DNA from: Ignavibacteriaceae bacterium
GTDB taxonomy: Bacteria; Bacteroidota; Ignavibacteria; Ignavibacteriales; Ignavibacteriaceae
DNA length: 45,260 nt
Assembly: GCA_035463895.1 (NCBI GenBank)
Contig: DATHSU010000053.1
Location: 1 to 45,260 of the forward strand
Reading direction: 5' to 3'
The translations under genes were made by a program, and so were the position numbers. Shown one piece after another: positions 1 to 10,680 of this stretch. Position 1 is the first letter of the stretch. Each line of letters starts with the position of its first letter. The notes beneath the pieces are model-generated. The model had not been told where the DNA came from and did not search any database. It worked only from the letters and a program-made list of their open reading frames with translations.

Positions 1-298
1 ATCCATCCGCTTTTAGTCCGATTACTTCTGTTGCATTACCGCGGTCATCATATTTATAGTAATAATGAATTTCAACATTTCCGCCCTCGTCATATTTTAT
101 AAACTCCGTCTGCTTACCTTCTTCATCATAAATTATTGTACGTGCCCGCCTTGGCGTAAAGTTTTCCGTTCCTTTCAGGTCGGTCGCGATTTTAGTTGCT
201 GTACGGATTTTTTGAGTTTTGATTATTTCAGGATCTGCATTGCTCTGTGCTATTGTTAGTGATGAAAAAAAGAAGACAACGATTAATAATCTCAGCAT
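1..298 (-). CDS. secreted protein with YD-like repeats, N-terminal part only (C-terminus lies beyond window start)
   Basis: Absent from ORF track because it has no stop in the window. ATG at 298-296 (revcomp) opens MLRLLIVVFFFSSLTIAQSNADPEII..., a signal peptide. Three YDxxGxxxE units follow (YDEEGKQTE, YDEGGNVE, YDDRGNATE), and the frame stays open to position 2. Overlapping + ORFs 65..259 and 219..413 look non-coding. Confidence 0.5.
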   Translation of the reverse strand, partial: MLRLLIVVFFFSSLTIAQSNADPEIIKTQKIRTATKIATDLKGTENFTPRRARTIIYDEEGKQTEFIKYDEGGNVEIHYYYKYDDRGNATEVIGLKADG

Positions 299-484
299 AA
301 ATAATCTCCATAAATTGATGCGGTATTCTAACAAATTGAGCGTAAAGAAGAAAGTAAATACGTTACGGCTTGCTTATAAATTTTGCCATACTGTTTTTGT
401 TTTGATTAAGTAACCGATTACACATATTTTTATATCACTCATTGACATAATTATTCCCCCGTCTTAATATAAAAGGAGAATGAC

Positions 485-1762
485 ATGAAAACATTAATTT
501 TTTCCTTCCTCTTATTTTCTTTAACCGTTCTTGCTCAAAACCATCCCATTGCCGGAGAAAATTTCAATTTAGTTTATGACCCTTTTGAAAACGGGGTCTT
601 CGGCGCAGAATCAAATCTCAGCGTTGTATACGTTTTTGATTATTGGGGAACAAAGGCAACTTATATGGCTGGCTCTGAAGGTCTGTTCCAGAATGTCTTG
701 AACCCCGATGAGGGAAGAAAAAATGAAACCACCATGGAAATTGTCGATGGAAAGTTCTTTGCCCGGATAATGATTCCAGAATCTGCACAGCTTCTTTCAT
801 ATTACACAACAGACGGCAACAGCTTCGATTATAATAATAGAAAATCTTTCGTGAGTTATGTTTATGATAAAAGCGGATCTCCTGTTAAAGGAGCAAGATT
901 CAGGAACGTCGATTTTCTTATTATGGCCGGTGCAGAAACAGACGTAATTATTAAAGAACTTGAAGATGAATTGGCCGCCTTTCCGGAGGATTATCTGGTT
1001 CGTTCGGTTCTTTGGGAAAAAAGGTTTTTGAGTAAAAATAATCTGGACGATATACTCTCGGTTAAGGCAGAGTTTGAAAAAGAGTTTTCTAACCTTAAGA
1101 AGGATGCTCAGAATAATTATGATCTTCTCAATGCTGAGGCAAGGATATATTCTTCTTTTCAAATGGCGCTAAGTAATCATATGATGCTATATTACCAGGA
1201 ATCCAATAATAAAATAATTGAACTGGCCCGTCAAATTCCAGATGGAAAAAGAAGCTCTGTTGTTGAAAGAATATACCAGGCTCATTTACAGCAGCAAAGA
1301 TCAGCAAAATTCACTGAGGAAGTAATTGGGAAACCTTTAATTGATTTTGATTTTACTGCTTTAAATGGTGAAAAGAAAAAACTTTCTGACTACAAAGGAA
1401 AGGTTATTCTTCTTGATTTCTGGGGAACCTGGTGCGGTCCTTGCATTGCTGAAATTCCCAACCTTATAAAAGTTTATAATAAGTATAAATCCTTCGGCTT
1501 TGAAATTATAAGCGTCAGCAGTGATCTAATGATGAACTCAAAAACGCAAGATGAGTTTAAGCTTTTCGTTGAGCAGAGAAATATGGACTGGACGCACACT
1601 CTTGATGATAAAAACCAAACAATTCACCGGCTTTACGAAATTAGTCACTGGCCCACACTGTATCTTATAGACAAAACCGGTGTGATAATTAAAAACGAAA
1701 ACGTGCTTAGAGGCAGTTTACTTGAAAAGACTCTGGATGAAATTTTTGCTTCAGAATTATAA
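485..1762 (+). CDS. TlpA/ResA-like thiol:disulfide oxidoreductase (thioredoxin fold) with large N-terminal domain
   Basis: Signal peptide MKTLIFSFLLFSLTVLAQ. C-terminal ILLDFWGTWCGPCIAEIP has the CxxC active site typical of exported TlpA/AhpC-TSA thioredoxins. AGGAG lies upstream of the ATG. Confidence 0.85.
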   Translation: MKTLIFSFLLFSLTVLAQNHPIAGENFNLVYDPFENGVFGAESNLSVVYVFDYWGTKATYMAGSEGLFQNVLNPDEGRKNETTMEIVDGKFFARIMIPESAQLLSYYTTDGNSFDYNNRKSFVSYVYDKSGSPVKGARFRNVDFLIMAGAETDVIIKELEDELAAFPEDYLVRSVLWEKRFLSKNNLDDILSVKAEFEKEFSNLKKDAQNNYDLLNAEARIYSSFQMALSNHMMLYYQESNNKIIELARQIPDGKRSSVVERIYQAHLQQQRSAKFTEEVIGKPLIDFDFTALNGEKKKLSDYKGKVILLDFWGTWCGPCIAEIPNLIKVYNKYKSFGFEIISVSSDLMMNSKTQDEFKLFVEQRNMDWTHTLDDKNQTIHRLYEISHWPTLYLIDKTGVIIKNENVLRGSLLEKTLDEIFASEL

Positions 1763-1782
1763 AGATATGTTGGATTAACCAC

Positions 1783-1838
1783 AGAGCAATTTGCAGAAAA
1801 CAAAGCGGGTTTTGCATAGCAAATTGCTCTTTTTTTTA
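1783..1838 (+). terminator. intrinsic terminator after the TlpA-like gene
   Basis: Perfect 12-bp arms AGAGCAATTTGC (1783-1794) and GCAAATTGCTCT (1819-1830), followed directly by a T run (1830-1837), about 20 nt after the stop codon. Confidence 0.6.
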
Positions 1839-1903
1839 TTTCAATACTATGCCAATATTCCTTATTTTACGCCGTTAAAAATAACTTTTTAATGAGGCAT
1901 AAA

Positions 1904-2128
1904 ATGTCTTATCGTGATCAGCAAAAACTGCTCGACGGACTAAAAAAGCTTCTGAACAAATTAGAGCCCAACGAGTTAGAAGAATACAAAATGTTCATCA
2001 AAAGACAGAAAGACGATGAGGATTTTGACTCAATTTCTATGAGAAGACTAAAGGAATTATATAACAAATATCATCAGGCTGTTGATAAATCGAAGTATGA
2101 CCATTTCTTTAAGAAAAGTGACGAATGA
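1904..2128 (+). CDS. small charged helical protein, unknown function
   Basis: The ORF track starts at 1892. The in-frame ATG at 1904 has GAGG 6 nt upstream and is preferred. 74 aa, Lys/Glu/Asp-rich, no motif I recognise. Confidence 0.45.
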   Translation: MSYRDQQKLLDGLKKLLNKLEPNELEEYKMFIKRQKDDEDFDSISMRRLKELYNKYHQAVDKSKYDHFFKKSDE

Positions 2129-2220
2129 CTGTTTCCCTTCAAAGCACAAAATCATTTTAACATTGCTTAATAATAACTCATTGAGCTATTTTTAAATCCA
2201 TTTTCATTATTGAGGTAACA

Positions 2221-5202
2221 ATGAATTTAAGTTTAGTTAATAAAATATTTGCTGCGGTTGTTTTTTTCATTTCACTGATTGTTCTTTATCTAACAGTTCA
2301 GCCGTCGGTTTCTTTCTGGGATTGCGGTGAGTTTATTGCTGCAGCATACTATCTTCAGGTTCCCCATCCTCCGGGCACACCATTCTTTCTTTTAGTTGGG
2401 AACATCTTTTCACAATTACCTCTGGGTGAAAACATTGCATTCCGTGTCAATTTGTTATCTGTTCTTTCCAGCGCCCTTTCTGTTCTTCTTCTTTACCTTG
2501 TTGCAGTAAAACTTATAAACAATTACAAGGGAAGAAAACCGGAAAATCTTTTTGAAGCAATTGGAACATATACTTCCGCTGCAATAGGTGCACTGGCATT
2601 TTCTTTCAGCGATACCTTCTGGTTTAGCGGTGTTGAGGCTGAGGTGTATGCTTTAAGCTTATTTCTCTTTGTAGCTGTGGTTTATCTTGTTATACTCTGG
2701 AATGAGCGTGCCGATGCTAGAGATAATGAAAAATACCTTCTAATGGTTGCTTACACGATCGGTCTTTCAATTGGCGTGCACCTTATGAGTGTGCTTGCAA
2801 TTGTACCTGTGGTGATGATAGTAATGTTCAGAAAGTATATGGAAGATGAAGAGGCATGCAAAAAGACATCGTACATTTTCTGGGCTCACGCAGCTATTGT
2901 TCTGCTGGTTGCTGTAGTGTGGTGGTCCGGGGAAAAATCATTAACACCTCCGTCTCCGGAAGAATATCAGGAATTCGACAGCCGCTTCAAACTTATTATT
3001 GCCGGATTAAGCGCAATTATTATGGCCGTTTTCTGGAAAAAACTGTTTAACAGAAATTCGTTTTATATGCCTATAATAATCGGCGGCGTTGCATTGTTCG
3101 CAACATATCCGGGTATTGTAAAGTTTGTTCCTAAGCTTATGGTAGCTATTGGCGGTGATAATGTAGTGTTTGAGCTTATCATATTGTTTGTGATTTTTGC
3201 AGCTCTTGGTTTAGGAGTCAGATATGCCGTTCGAAATAAAAAACCAACACTGCACCTTGCATTTATGTCAGCTATTTTTTTACTAATAGGCTTTACAACC
3301 TATGCAATGGTAATAATTCGTTCAAACCAGAATCCCCCAATGAATGAAAATGAACCAAATGATTTTACAGAACTTGTAAAATACCTGGGTCGTGAACAGT
3401 ATGGTGATTTTCCAACCTTCAAAAGACGATTTGCAACAGAGCCGCATCAACAGGTTGTTTATAATAACTACTCCTCCGATCTTGATTTCTTCTACACCTA
3501 TCAGATGAATCATATGATGACAAGATATCTTCTCTGGAATTTTGCCGGACGGGAGGGCTGGTCACAGGATCAGGGGGCTAATATAGCTCCATTTAATGGA
3601 ATTGGAAATGTATTTGGAAAAATAATTGCTGTTAATTTTGCCGGTGATGTAAAAGATTCTCTGTTTGGAATTCCGTTTTTAATAGGGCTGCTCGGCATCT
3701 ATTTCCACTTCAGAAAAGACTGGAAAATGGCTTCTGTTTTTATGATCATGTTTATTCTTATGGGATATCTGACTGCTTTCTACCAGAATCAGCAGCAGCC
3801 TCAGCCCAGAGAAAGAGATTATTTCTATGTCGGAGCATTTTTCGTTTATGCTGTTTGGATTGCGCTTGGCATAAGGGGACTGATCGACCTTGCAATGAGT
3901 AAACTTAATGGTAATGCTCTTCGCAATGCGGCAGTGTATGGCATGCTTGCTTTTGGGATAGTTCTTATTCCTGTTAGAATGCTGCAAGCAAACTATTTTA
4001 CTCACGACAGATCGAACAATTGGGTTCCATGGGATTATTCATATAATCTCCTTCAAAGCTGTGCGCCGAATGGAATTCTATTTACAAATGGGGATAATGA
4101 TACTTTCCCTCTTTGGTATTTGCAGGATGTTGAAGGGGTTAGAAGGGATGTTAAGGTTGTCAATCTTAGTCTACTTAACACTGACTGGTACATTCGTCAT
4201 ATGAAGCATAATGATCCTTATGGTGTAGGTACTATAAACATACGTTTAAGTGATGCTCAGATTGCTCAGATCAGACCTGTGCAATGGACTCCGCAGCAAA
4301 TAACAATTCCTCCGCCAACTGAAGCCCAGATTCAGACAATGTATGATTTAAAGCAGGGGCTTAACATTCGCGATTCATCCGTTATTCAGGAGGGTACAAT
4401 AACCTGGACAATGAATCCTACCTTAAGCTTTGGCAATGTCCAGGCTGTTCGCGTTCAGGATTTAATGGTAAAAGAACTTATTGAGGCAAATAACTGGCAA
4501 AGACCAATTTACTTTGCAGTAACCTGTGCAGATGACAGCAAGATAGGAATGCAGGATTATTTACGAATGGAGGGAATGGCGTTCCGTTTTGTTCCCGAAA
4601 GAAGAAAACCCGGTGTTGAATTTATTGAGCCCAATATATTGCAGGCGCAATTAATTGAAAATCCCGGTTTCAGCAGAGATTTTCAGCCAGGTTTTAAATT
4701 CCGCGGTTTGAATGATCCATCTATCTTTCTGGATGACAATCACAAGCGAATGACTATGAACTACAGAAATTCGTTTTTAAGAATGACTCTGCACTATTTA
4801 AACACAGGACAAAATAATCTGGCTATTCAAACTCTTGATATGATGGAAGAGAAAATCCCCCGCTGGAATATTGAAATGGATTACGGTCTGTTGTATGAAA
4901 TCGGATCACTTTACCAGAATGCAGGAGGTGTTGAGCAGTATGAGAAAATCGCCATCGAAGTTGAGGAAAAGGCGTGGGAAAGAATTGCTAAAGATCCGAC
5001 GGACACTCAATCGATGTACAATCCTTATAGAATGTTATTTATGATATATGAATCACAGGGTAACTACAAAAAACTTGTTGAGTTATATCAGCAGCTTGCA
5101 AAAGTGTTCCCGAATGATCCGAATATACGTACAGAAATTGAGCGCTATCAGCGCATGGCCGATGGAAAAGAAACCGTTGAGCCGGAAGTAAATCAAAATT
5201 AA
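2221..5202 (+). CDS. DUF2723-family polytopic membrane protein (GT-C glycosyltransferase-like) with helical-repeat C-terminus
   Basis: N-terminal SFWDCGEFIAAAYYLQVPHPPGTPFF matches the DUF2723 signature as I recall it. Many hydrophobic helices in the first ~600 aa and a soluble TPR-like tail. GAGG SD before the ATG. Confidence 0.75.
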   Translation: MNLSLVNKIFAAVVFFISLIVLYLTVQPSVSFWDCGEFIAAAYYLQVPHPPGTPFFLLVGNIFSQLPLGENIAFRVNLLSVLSSALSVLLLYLVAVKLINNYKGRKPENLFEAIGTYTSAAIGALAFSFSDTFWFSGVEAEVYALSLFLFVAVVYLVILWNERADARDNEKYLLMVAYTIGLSIGVHLMSVLAIVPVVMIVMFRKYMEDEEACKKTSYIFWAHAAIVLLVAVVWWSGEKSLTPPSPEEYQEFDSRFKLIIAGLSAIIMAVFWKKLFNRNSFYMPIIIGGVALFATYPGIVKFVPKLMVAIGGDNVVFELIILFVIFAALGLGVRYAVRNKKPTLHLAFMSAIFLLIGFTTYAMVIIRSNQNPPMNENEPNDFTELVKYLGREQYGDFPTFKRRFATEPHQQVVYNNYSSDLDFFYTYQMNHMMTRYLLWNFAGREGWSQDQGANIAPFNGIGNVFGKIIAVNFAGDVKDSLFGIPFLIGLLGIYFHFRKDWKMASVFMIMFILMGYLTAFYQNQQQPQPRERDYFYVGAFFVYAVWIALGIRGLIDLAMSKLNGNALRNAAVYGMLAFGIVLIPVRMLQANYFTHDRSNNWVPWDYSYNLLQSCAPNGILFTNGDNDTFPLWYLQDVEGVRRDVKVVNLSLLNTDWYIRHMKHNDPYGVGTINIRLSDAQIAQIRPVQWTPQQITIPPPTEAQIQTMYDLKQGLNIRDSSVIQEGTITWTMNPTLSFGNVQAVRVQDLMVKELIEANNWQRPIYFAVTCADDSKIGMQDYLRMEGMAFRFVPERRKPGVEFIEPNILQAQLIENPGFSRDFQPGFKFRGLNDPSIFLDDNHKRMTMNYRNSFLRMTLHYLNTGQNNLAIQTLDMMEEKIPRWNIEMDYGLLYEIGSLYQNAGGVEQYEKIAIEVEEKAWERIAKDPTDTQSMYNPYRMLFMIYESQGNYKKLVELYQQLAKVFPNDPNIRTEIERYQRMADGKETVEPEVNQN

Positions 5203-5229
5203 AAGTTGAATTAATTAAAGCCAGGACAT

Positions 5230-7719
5230 ATGACCAATATTTTTGAAAAAGTTGTTCCCGTTACTTTAGAAGAGGAAATGAAATCCTCTTATATAGATTA
5301 TGCAATGAGTGTAATAGTTGCACGAGCTTTACCCGACGTAAGAGATGGATTAAAACCTGTTCACCGCAGGGTTCTTTTTGGAATGCACGAACTTGGTTTG
5401 GCTTACAATAGGCCCTATAAAAAATCTGCGCGTATTGTGGGTGAAGTGCTTGGTAAATATCATCCTCACGGAGACAGTGCGGTTTACGATTCTATGGTTA
5501 GAATGGTTCAGGATTTTTCTCTCCGCTATCCGCTTGTAAATGGTCAGGGAAACTTCGGCTCTGTTGATGGTGATTCTCCGGCTGCTATGCGTTATACAGA
5601 AGCCCGTCTCGCCCGTATTGCTGAGGAAATGCTGCGTGATCTTGATAAAAATACTGTTAACTTCGGTGCAAACTTCGATGAATCTCTGCAGGAACCTCTT
5701 GTTATGCCATCATATCTGCCTAACCTGCTTGTAAATGGCGCAAGCGGTATTGCCGTTGGTATGGCGACAAACATTCCGCCTCACAACCTGGTTGAAGTTG
5801 TCGATGGACTTGTTGCCTTGCTTGATAATCCCAAACTAAAGTCTGAAGACTTAATGAAATTTGTTAAAGCACCTGATTTTCCGACTGGTGGAATTATTTA
5901 TGGCTACGAAGGTGTTCGCGATGCTTATATAACCGGACGCGGAAGGGTTGTAATTCGTGCAAAAGCAAACGTTGAAACACTTAAGAATGACCGTGAAAAT
6001 ATTATCATTACAGAAATTCCTTATCAGGTCAACAAAGCTACTCTGATTGAAAAAATTGCTGATCTTGTTCGTGAAGGTAAAATTACTGAAATCTCTAATA
6101 TTAGGGATGAATCGGATCGAGATGGAATGCGGGTCGTTATAGAGCTGAAACGAGATGCTCAGCCAGCCGTTGTATTAAACCAATTGTTTAAGCATACACA
6201 GATGCAGGTAACTTTTGGTGTTATCATGCTTGCTCTTGTTAACGGAGCGCCAAAAGTATTAACCCTTCAGGAAACAATGATGCACTTCCTTGATCATAGA
6301 ATGGAAGTGCTGGTCCGCAGAACAAAATATGAGTTAGATGCTGCTGAAAAACGTGCACACATTTTAGAGGGCTTCATAATCGCTCTTGACAACATTGATG
6401 CGGTAATTGAAACAATTAAAAAATCTAAAGACGTAGAAACAGCTAAAAACAACTTGATGAAAAGGTTCAAGTTGAGCGAGATACAGGCAAAGGCCATTCT
6501 TGATATGCGCCTGCAGCGTCTTACCGGATTAGAGCGCAAGAAAATTGAAGACGAATATAAGGAAACCATTAAACTTATTGAGCGATTAAGAGGAATACTC
6601 GAAAGTGAGAAAAAAAGAAAACAAATAATTAAAGAAGAGCTGCTTGCGGTTAAGGAGAGATACGGCGATGAAAGAAGAACAGAAATTATAAAAGACTACA
6701 AAGAATTTTCACTTGAAGATATTATTGCCGAGGAAGATGTTGTTGTAACAATTTCACACGGCGGCTTTATAAAAAGATTTCCGGTTAGCGGATACCGCCG
6801 ACAGGGCCGTGGCGGAAAAGGCGTTACTGGTGCCGGAACGAAAGAAGATGATTTTATAGAACATATGTTCGTAGCATCAACACATCAGTATATTCTTTTC
6901 TTTACCGATAAGGGCCGGTGCTACTGGCTGAAAGTACATGAAATTCCTGAAGCCGGAAGAACAGCAAAGGGCAGATCCATTGTAAATCTTCTTGAAAAGG
7001 ATAAGGACGATAATATTACTGCCTTTGTTACGGTAAAAGAGTTCCGTGATGATCAGTACCTTGTAATGGCAACCGAAAAAGGAACAGTTAAAAAGACGGT
7101 GCTCTCTGCCTATGGCAATGTAAGACGCGGCGGTATTAACGCGATTAACCTCGTTACAGGAGACAGGCTGATTGAGGTGAAAATGACAGATGGAAACAGC
7201 GACATTGTTATTGGAACAAAGAATGGTTTTGCTATAAGATTTAACGAAAAGAATGTCCGCGATATGGGCAGAACAGCAACCGGAGTACGTGGCGTGAAGC
7301 TCGGAAAGGGTGATCTGGTTGTTGGTCTGTTAGTCATAAAACGCGGGGGCGTAAGCATTCTTGTAGTAACTGAAAAAGGTTATGGTAAGAGATCTGATAT
7401 AAATGACTACAGGGTGACTAACCGCGGAGGCAAGGGCGTTATTACTGTGAAGACCACCGATAAAGTTGGTAAATTGATTGCTATGATGGAAGTTACGGAC
7501 AAAGATGAGCTTGTAATAATATCTACAAAGGGAATGGTTATCAGACAAAACGTTAAAGATATCCGCGTTATGGGAAGAAACACACAGGGCGTAAGGGTTA
7601 TCCGGTTAAATGATGGCGATTCAATAGCCGACATTGCCCGCGTTGTTTCTGAAGACGACGACCTTAATGGAAACGGTAACGGTAATAACAATGAGTCAAA
7701 AGAAGATAGTTTAATTTAG
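5230..7719 (+). CDS. gyrA: DNA gyrase subunit A
   Basis: Canonical motifs: [25 protein letters not shown] (QRDR), [10 protein letters not shown] (catalytic Tyr region), and C-terminal beta-pinwheel repeats. 829 aa. Confidence 0.97.
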   Translation: MTNIFEKVVPVTLEEEMKSSYIDYAMSVIVARALPDVRDGLKPVHRRVLFGMHELGLAYNRPYKKSARIVGEVLGKYHPHGDSAVYDSMVRMVQDFSLRYPLVNGQGNFGSVDGDSPAAMRYTEARLARIAEEMLRDLDKNTVNFGANFDESLQEPLVMPSYLPNLLVNGASGIAVGMATNIPPHNLVEVVDGLVALLDNPKLKSEDLMKFVKAPDFPTGGIIYGYEGVRDAYITGRGRVVIRAKANVETLKNDRENIIITEIPYQVNKATLIEKIADLVREGKITEISNIRDESDRDGMRVVIELKRDAQPAVVLNQLFKHTQMQVTFGVIMLALVNGAPKVLTLQETMMHFLDHRMEVLVRRTKYELDAAEKRAHILEGFIIALDNIDAVIETIKKSKDVETAKNNLMKRFKLSEIQAKAILDMRLQRLTGLERKKIEDEYKETIKLIERLRGILESEKKRKQIIKEELLAVKERYGDERRTEIIKDYKEFSLEDIIAEEDVVVTISHGGFIKRFPVSGYRRQGRGGKGVTGAGTKEDDFIEHMFVASTHQYILFFTDKGRCYWLKVHEIPEAGRTAKGRSIVNLLEKDKDDNITAFVTVKEFRDDQYLVMATEKGTVKKTVLSAYGNVRRGGINAINLVTGDRLIEVKMTDGNSDIVIGTKNGFAIRFNEKNVRDMGRTATGVRGVKLGKGDLVVGLLVIKRGGVSILVVTEKGYGKRSDINDYRVTNRGGKGVITVKTTDKVGKLIAMMEVTDKDELVIISTKGMVIRQNVKDIRVMGRNTQGVRVIRLNDGDSIADIARVVSEDDDLNGNGNGNNNESKEDSLI

Positions 7720-7739
7720 AGCACTTCATATTCTAAATA

Positions 7740-7770
7740 TTCCGGCGGAGACTTTCCTGCTTCGCCGGAA
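7740..7770 (+). terminator. GC-rich hairpin downstream of gyrA, putative terminator
   Basis: TTCCGGCG (7740-7747) pairs with CGCCGGAA (7763-7770) across a 15-nt loop, followed by ATATTTCAGTT. The U-tract is weak, so the call is tentative. Confidence 0.4.
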
Positions 7771-7805
7771 ATATTTCAGTTACGAACTAATCCGGACAAT
7801 TATTT

Positions 7806-8210
7806 ATGTATTCAGTTTTCGAAACAGAAATCATTATCAGGCCAGATGATATTGATATGAACAACCACGTTCATAACTCTAAATATTTGGACTATGTTCA
7901 GGCTGCCAGATTTGACCAGATGATAAATAATTATAAAATGTCTATGGAAGAGTTTCATTTGGCTGGTTTTAACTGGGTTGCCAGCACTGCATATATTGAA
8001 TTTAAGCGTGGAATTAAGCTTGGTGATAAAGTTATTGTGAGAACTCAGCTCAAATCCTATAGTGGTGCGCAGGTAACAGTAAGTTTCTGGATACTAAAAA
8101 AAGATAATAAGATTGCTGCGGAAGGTTATTTAACATACACAATGATATCGCTAAAGTCTGGCAAACCCGCCAGAATTCCTGATGATATAATTGCTCGTTA
8201 TACTATCTGA
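7806..8210 (+). CDS. acyl-CoA thioesterase, hotdog fold (4HBT/YbgC-like)
   Basis: 134 aa. N-terminal IRPDDIDMNNHVHNSKYLDYVQAAR is typical of 4HBT-type thioesterases. Confidence 0.8.
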   Translation: MYSVFETEIIIRPDDIDMNNHVHNSKYLDYVQAARFDQMINNYKMSMEEFHLAGFNWVASTAYIEFKRGIKLGDKVIVRTQLKSYSGAQVTVSFWILKKDNKIAAEGYLTYTMISLKSGKPARIPDDIIARYTI

Positions 8211-9101
8211 TTAAAAACTGTTTGTTAACGTTATTAATTCCTCGTAAATCCTGTCGCTTTTAGGAAGCGCTCCGTCCACTTTACAAATTTCGAGGGCAAA
8301 TTTATTTGCGTTCTTATTAATTTGCGGAAGTTCCCATCCCTGCATAAACCCGATACATAATACAGAAGAAAAGGCATCCCCGGCTCCGGTTGTGTCTACA
8401 ATTTCTGACTGCTCGGGTGTAAAATCATTACGTTTGCCATTCTCAAATAGTGTTGCCCCATTTTTCCCACGGGTAACAGCAAACAGACTTACTTCAAACT
8501 GCTCCATTATTTCAAAAGCTGTTCTTTCGGTGTTATAATCGCCGCCAAGTAAAATGTCATTAATAATTTTTAGTTCATTATAGTTAACTTTAACTATGTC
8601 TGCTGTTTCAATTGAACGTCCTATAATTTCTTCATTGTAAAAGTTTTGTCGCAGATTAACATCACAAAAATATCTCCCGCCCCTTTTAAAAAACGATTGT
8701 ATGGTCTCTCTTGACTTATCGTTGCGTTGAGAAAGGGTGCCAAAGTAAAGAACATCTGTTTCATAGTTAATTAATTTTTCTGTTTCATCATTGCTTTCAA
8801 TAAAATCAAACGCTCTTTCTGTATCGATAGAAAAGCCCGGTTCTTTGTCCTTGTTTATTTCAATATTAGCTACACCGGTTGGGTACATATCATCTATCTG
8901 AATATACTCCGTGGGAATTTCCTGCTTCTTAATTTCTGAAATTGCTTTTGTTCCCAATACATCTTTGCCAACCCGGCTGATTATATTTCCGCTTCCGGTA
9001 ATCTTTCTGATGTGGTAAATGAAATTAAGCGGAGCTCCGCCAAGTTTTTTATGCGAGGGATATATATCGAATAGAATTTCGCCTATAGAAGTTACATTCA
9101 T
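8211..9101 (-). CDS. PfkB-family carbohydrate kinase (fructokinase/ribokinase-like)
   Basis: C-terminal VDTTGAGDAFSS is the PfkB signature 2, and N-terminal IGEILFD is typical. The ORF track start at 9128 is TTG; the ATG at 9101 (MNVTSIGEILFD) fits family N-termini better. Confidence 0.8.
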   Translation of the reverse strand: MNVTSIGEILFDIYPSHKKLGGAPLNFIYHIRKITGSGNIISRVGKDVLGTKAISEIKKQEIPTEYIQIDDMYPTGVANIEINKDKEPGFSIDTERAFDFIESNDETEKLINYETDVLYFGTLSQRNDKSRETIQSFFKRGGRYFCDVNLRQNFYNEEIIGRSIETADIVKVNYNELKIINDILLGGDYNTERTAFEIMEQFEVSLFAVTRGKNGATLFENGKRNDFTPEQSEIVDTTGAGDAFSSVLCIGFMQGWELPQINKNANKFALEICKVDGALPKSDRIYEELITLTNSF

Positions 9102-9166
9102 AAAAGAATAATGGAATTTTATTTTCAAAGAAATTGTTAAACGTACATAAATAATATTGTAAGGAT

Positions 9167-9694
9167 ATGAAAATTTATCAACTGAAAACAGTACAAAAAT
9201 TACCGGTTTCTTTAGAAACGGCCTGGGATTTTTTCTCTAACCCTAAAAATTTGGCAAAGATTACGCCAGCATGGTTAAACTTTAAAATAATGTCTGATTT
9301 ACCTAAAAAAATGCGTGCCGGAATGATAATTTCTTATACCGTTAGGCCTTTGCTTAATATTCCTACTGCCTGGGTTACTGAAATTACAAATGTTAATGAA
9401 CCGTTTTACTTTGTTGACGAACAACGGTTTGGTCCATATAAAATGTGGCATCACGAACATATATTCAAAAAAGATGAGGATGGGCTGGTTTTAATGGAAG
9501 ATATAGTTAGTTATGTGGTTCCCTTTGGCATCCTCGGCAGGATTATGCATGGGTTGGTAATCAGCAAAAAAATAAGAGAAATTTTTAATTACCGTACCGA
9601 AGTTTTAAATAAACTGTTCCCGGTTGATAAACCACACAGAACTGCAACCCGGAATGAAGCGGAATCATTTCAAAGGGAACCACAGATAATCTGA
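9167..9694 (+). CDS. SRPBCC-superfamily protein (START/Bet v1-like ligand-binding fold)
   Basis: 175 aa. FVDEQRFGPYKMWHHEHIF resembles the conserved core of COG4276-type SRPBCC proteins (from memory). AAGGA SD. Confidence 0.6.
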   Translation: MKIYQLKTVQKLPVSLETAWDFFSNPKNLAKITPAWLNFKIMSDLPKKMRAGMIISYTVRPLLNIPTAWVTEITNVNEPFYFVDEQRFGPYKMWHHEHIFKKDEDGLVLMEDIVSYVVPFGILGRIMHGLVISKKIREIFNYRTEVLNKLFPVDKPHRTATRNEAESFQREPQII

Positions 9695-9723
9695 TATCTG
9701 GGTCTTATCGTTTGACTTTTCTA

Positions 9724-10236
9724 TTAGTCTAATACTTCGGGTTCTTCGTAATGCTCTTCTCCCTGATTTTCCCAGGGATTTGTATCTGTATTCCAGGTTT
9801 CAACTCTGATCTTAAGACTGTCGTCTTCCTGTGTTTCCCAAACATTAATATATTTCCCATTATCAGACCATTCGCCAGTATTGTCTGGCATATTCATTAC
9901 AATCTCATAATTGCCTATTTCAATTGTTAAAGAACCCGCCGGGATGAGGTCTGTCATATTCAGAGCAAAATGTTTCGTGGACCAGCCGGATTGTTTTTGC
10001 ATTTCTCCCATTTCCTTAATTGCATTTAAACCACGTATCATTGGCTGATAGCTGGGCATTGAAATCACATTTTCAGTGTACATAGAATTCATTGTTTCAA
10101 AATCACTGTTAATCATTGCTTCAACAAATATTTTGTTGGCTTTTTCAACCTTGCTCTTTAATTCCCCCAGGTTCTGAGCAAGTACTCCGTTGAAAGCGAA
10201 AATAAAAACAACAAAAACTAATAAATACTTTTTCAT
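9724..10236 (-). CDS. secreted SnoaL-like/DUF4440 (NTF2 fold) protein
   Basis: Signal peptide MKKYLLVFVVFIFAFNGVLAQ. The pattern LYT..V...P....I.G..AI ... GKYINVWE....SLKI..E.WN.D is typical of DUF4440. Strong AGGAGG SD. Confidence 0.55.
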   Translation of the reverse strand: MKKYLLVFVVFIFAFNGVLAQNLGELKSKVEKANKIFVEAMINSDFETMNSMYTENVISMPSYQPMIRGLNAIKEMGEMQKQSGWSTKHFALNMTDLIPAGSLTIEIGNYEIVMNMPDNTGEWSDNGKYINVWETQEDDSLKIRVETWNTDTNPWENQGEEHYEEPEVLD

Positions 10237-10287
10237 TGGGCCTCCTAAATGATTAAATGATATTGTTTGGTGTCCGTCTGATAATTT

Positions 10288-10554
10288 TTATAAAACGAAC
10301 TTTATTGCCAGATGTTTTTCCAGCTTCTGGAAAATTAAATCTCTTACTATTTCTGAAGGAACAAAAACTTTTAAGTTCAGACTGAAATACTTTTCATTGC
10401 TGCTGATATTAGAGGGAGTAATTTCATATTCAAACCCTGTCGCGACTTCTTCAATGGCAACAATCATATCATCAACGCTTGTACCGATTATTTTATATTG
10501 CCAGTTGCAGGGATAATCAATGTCCGGTTTTTGATTTTCGGGGTTAAAATTCAT
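10288..10554 (-). CDS. DUF493 / YbeD-family protein
   Basis: 88 aa. YPCNWQYKIIG plus C-terminal ...IKFVL aligns with E. coli YbeD (FPTPFTYKVMG ... VRMVL). Confidence 0.7.
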   Translation of the reverse strand: MNFNPENQKPDIDYPCNWQYKIIGTSVDDMIVAIEEVATGFEYEITPSNISSNEKYFSLNLKVFVPSEIVRDLIFQKLEKHLAIKFVL

Positions 10555-10680
10555 CTTGTTTCCAGTTTTTATGTCTGCTTTGTGAAATTATAAATCTTTT
10601 ATTAGAAAAAAAATCTCTTTGTGCTGAATAATTTTTATTAAGATCTGTATCATTGATGTGAAATATTAAAAAAAATCAGG

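Noticed and set aside
65-413. Two + strand ORFs (65..259, 219..413) at the window start
   Set aside because: They are Cys/Phe-rich with no motifs. The opposite strand encodes a convincing signal peptide plus a repeat protein that stays open to the window edge.
7654-7719. Low-complexity acidic tail of GyrA ([18 protein letters not shown])
   Set aside because: Acidic or low-complexity GyrA C-tails are common, and the short GGTAAC-type codon repetition is too small to call a repeat locus.
8205-8216. Convergent thioesterase and PfkB genes with directly abutting stop codons (TGA at 8208-8210, TAA complement at 8211-8213)
   Set aside because: It is real, but this is simply compact gene packing. 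No structure or extra signal was seen.
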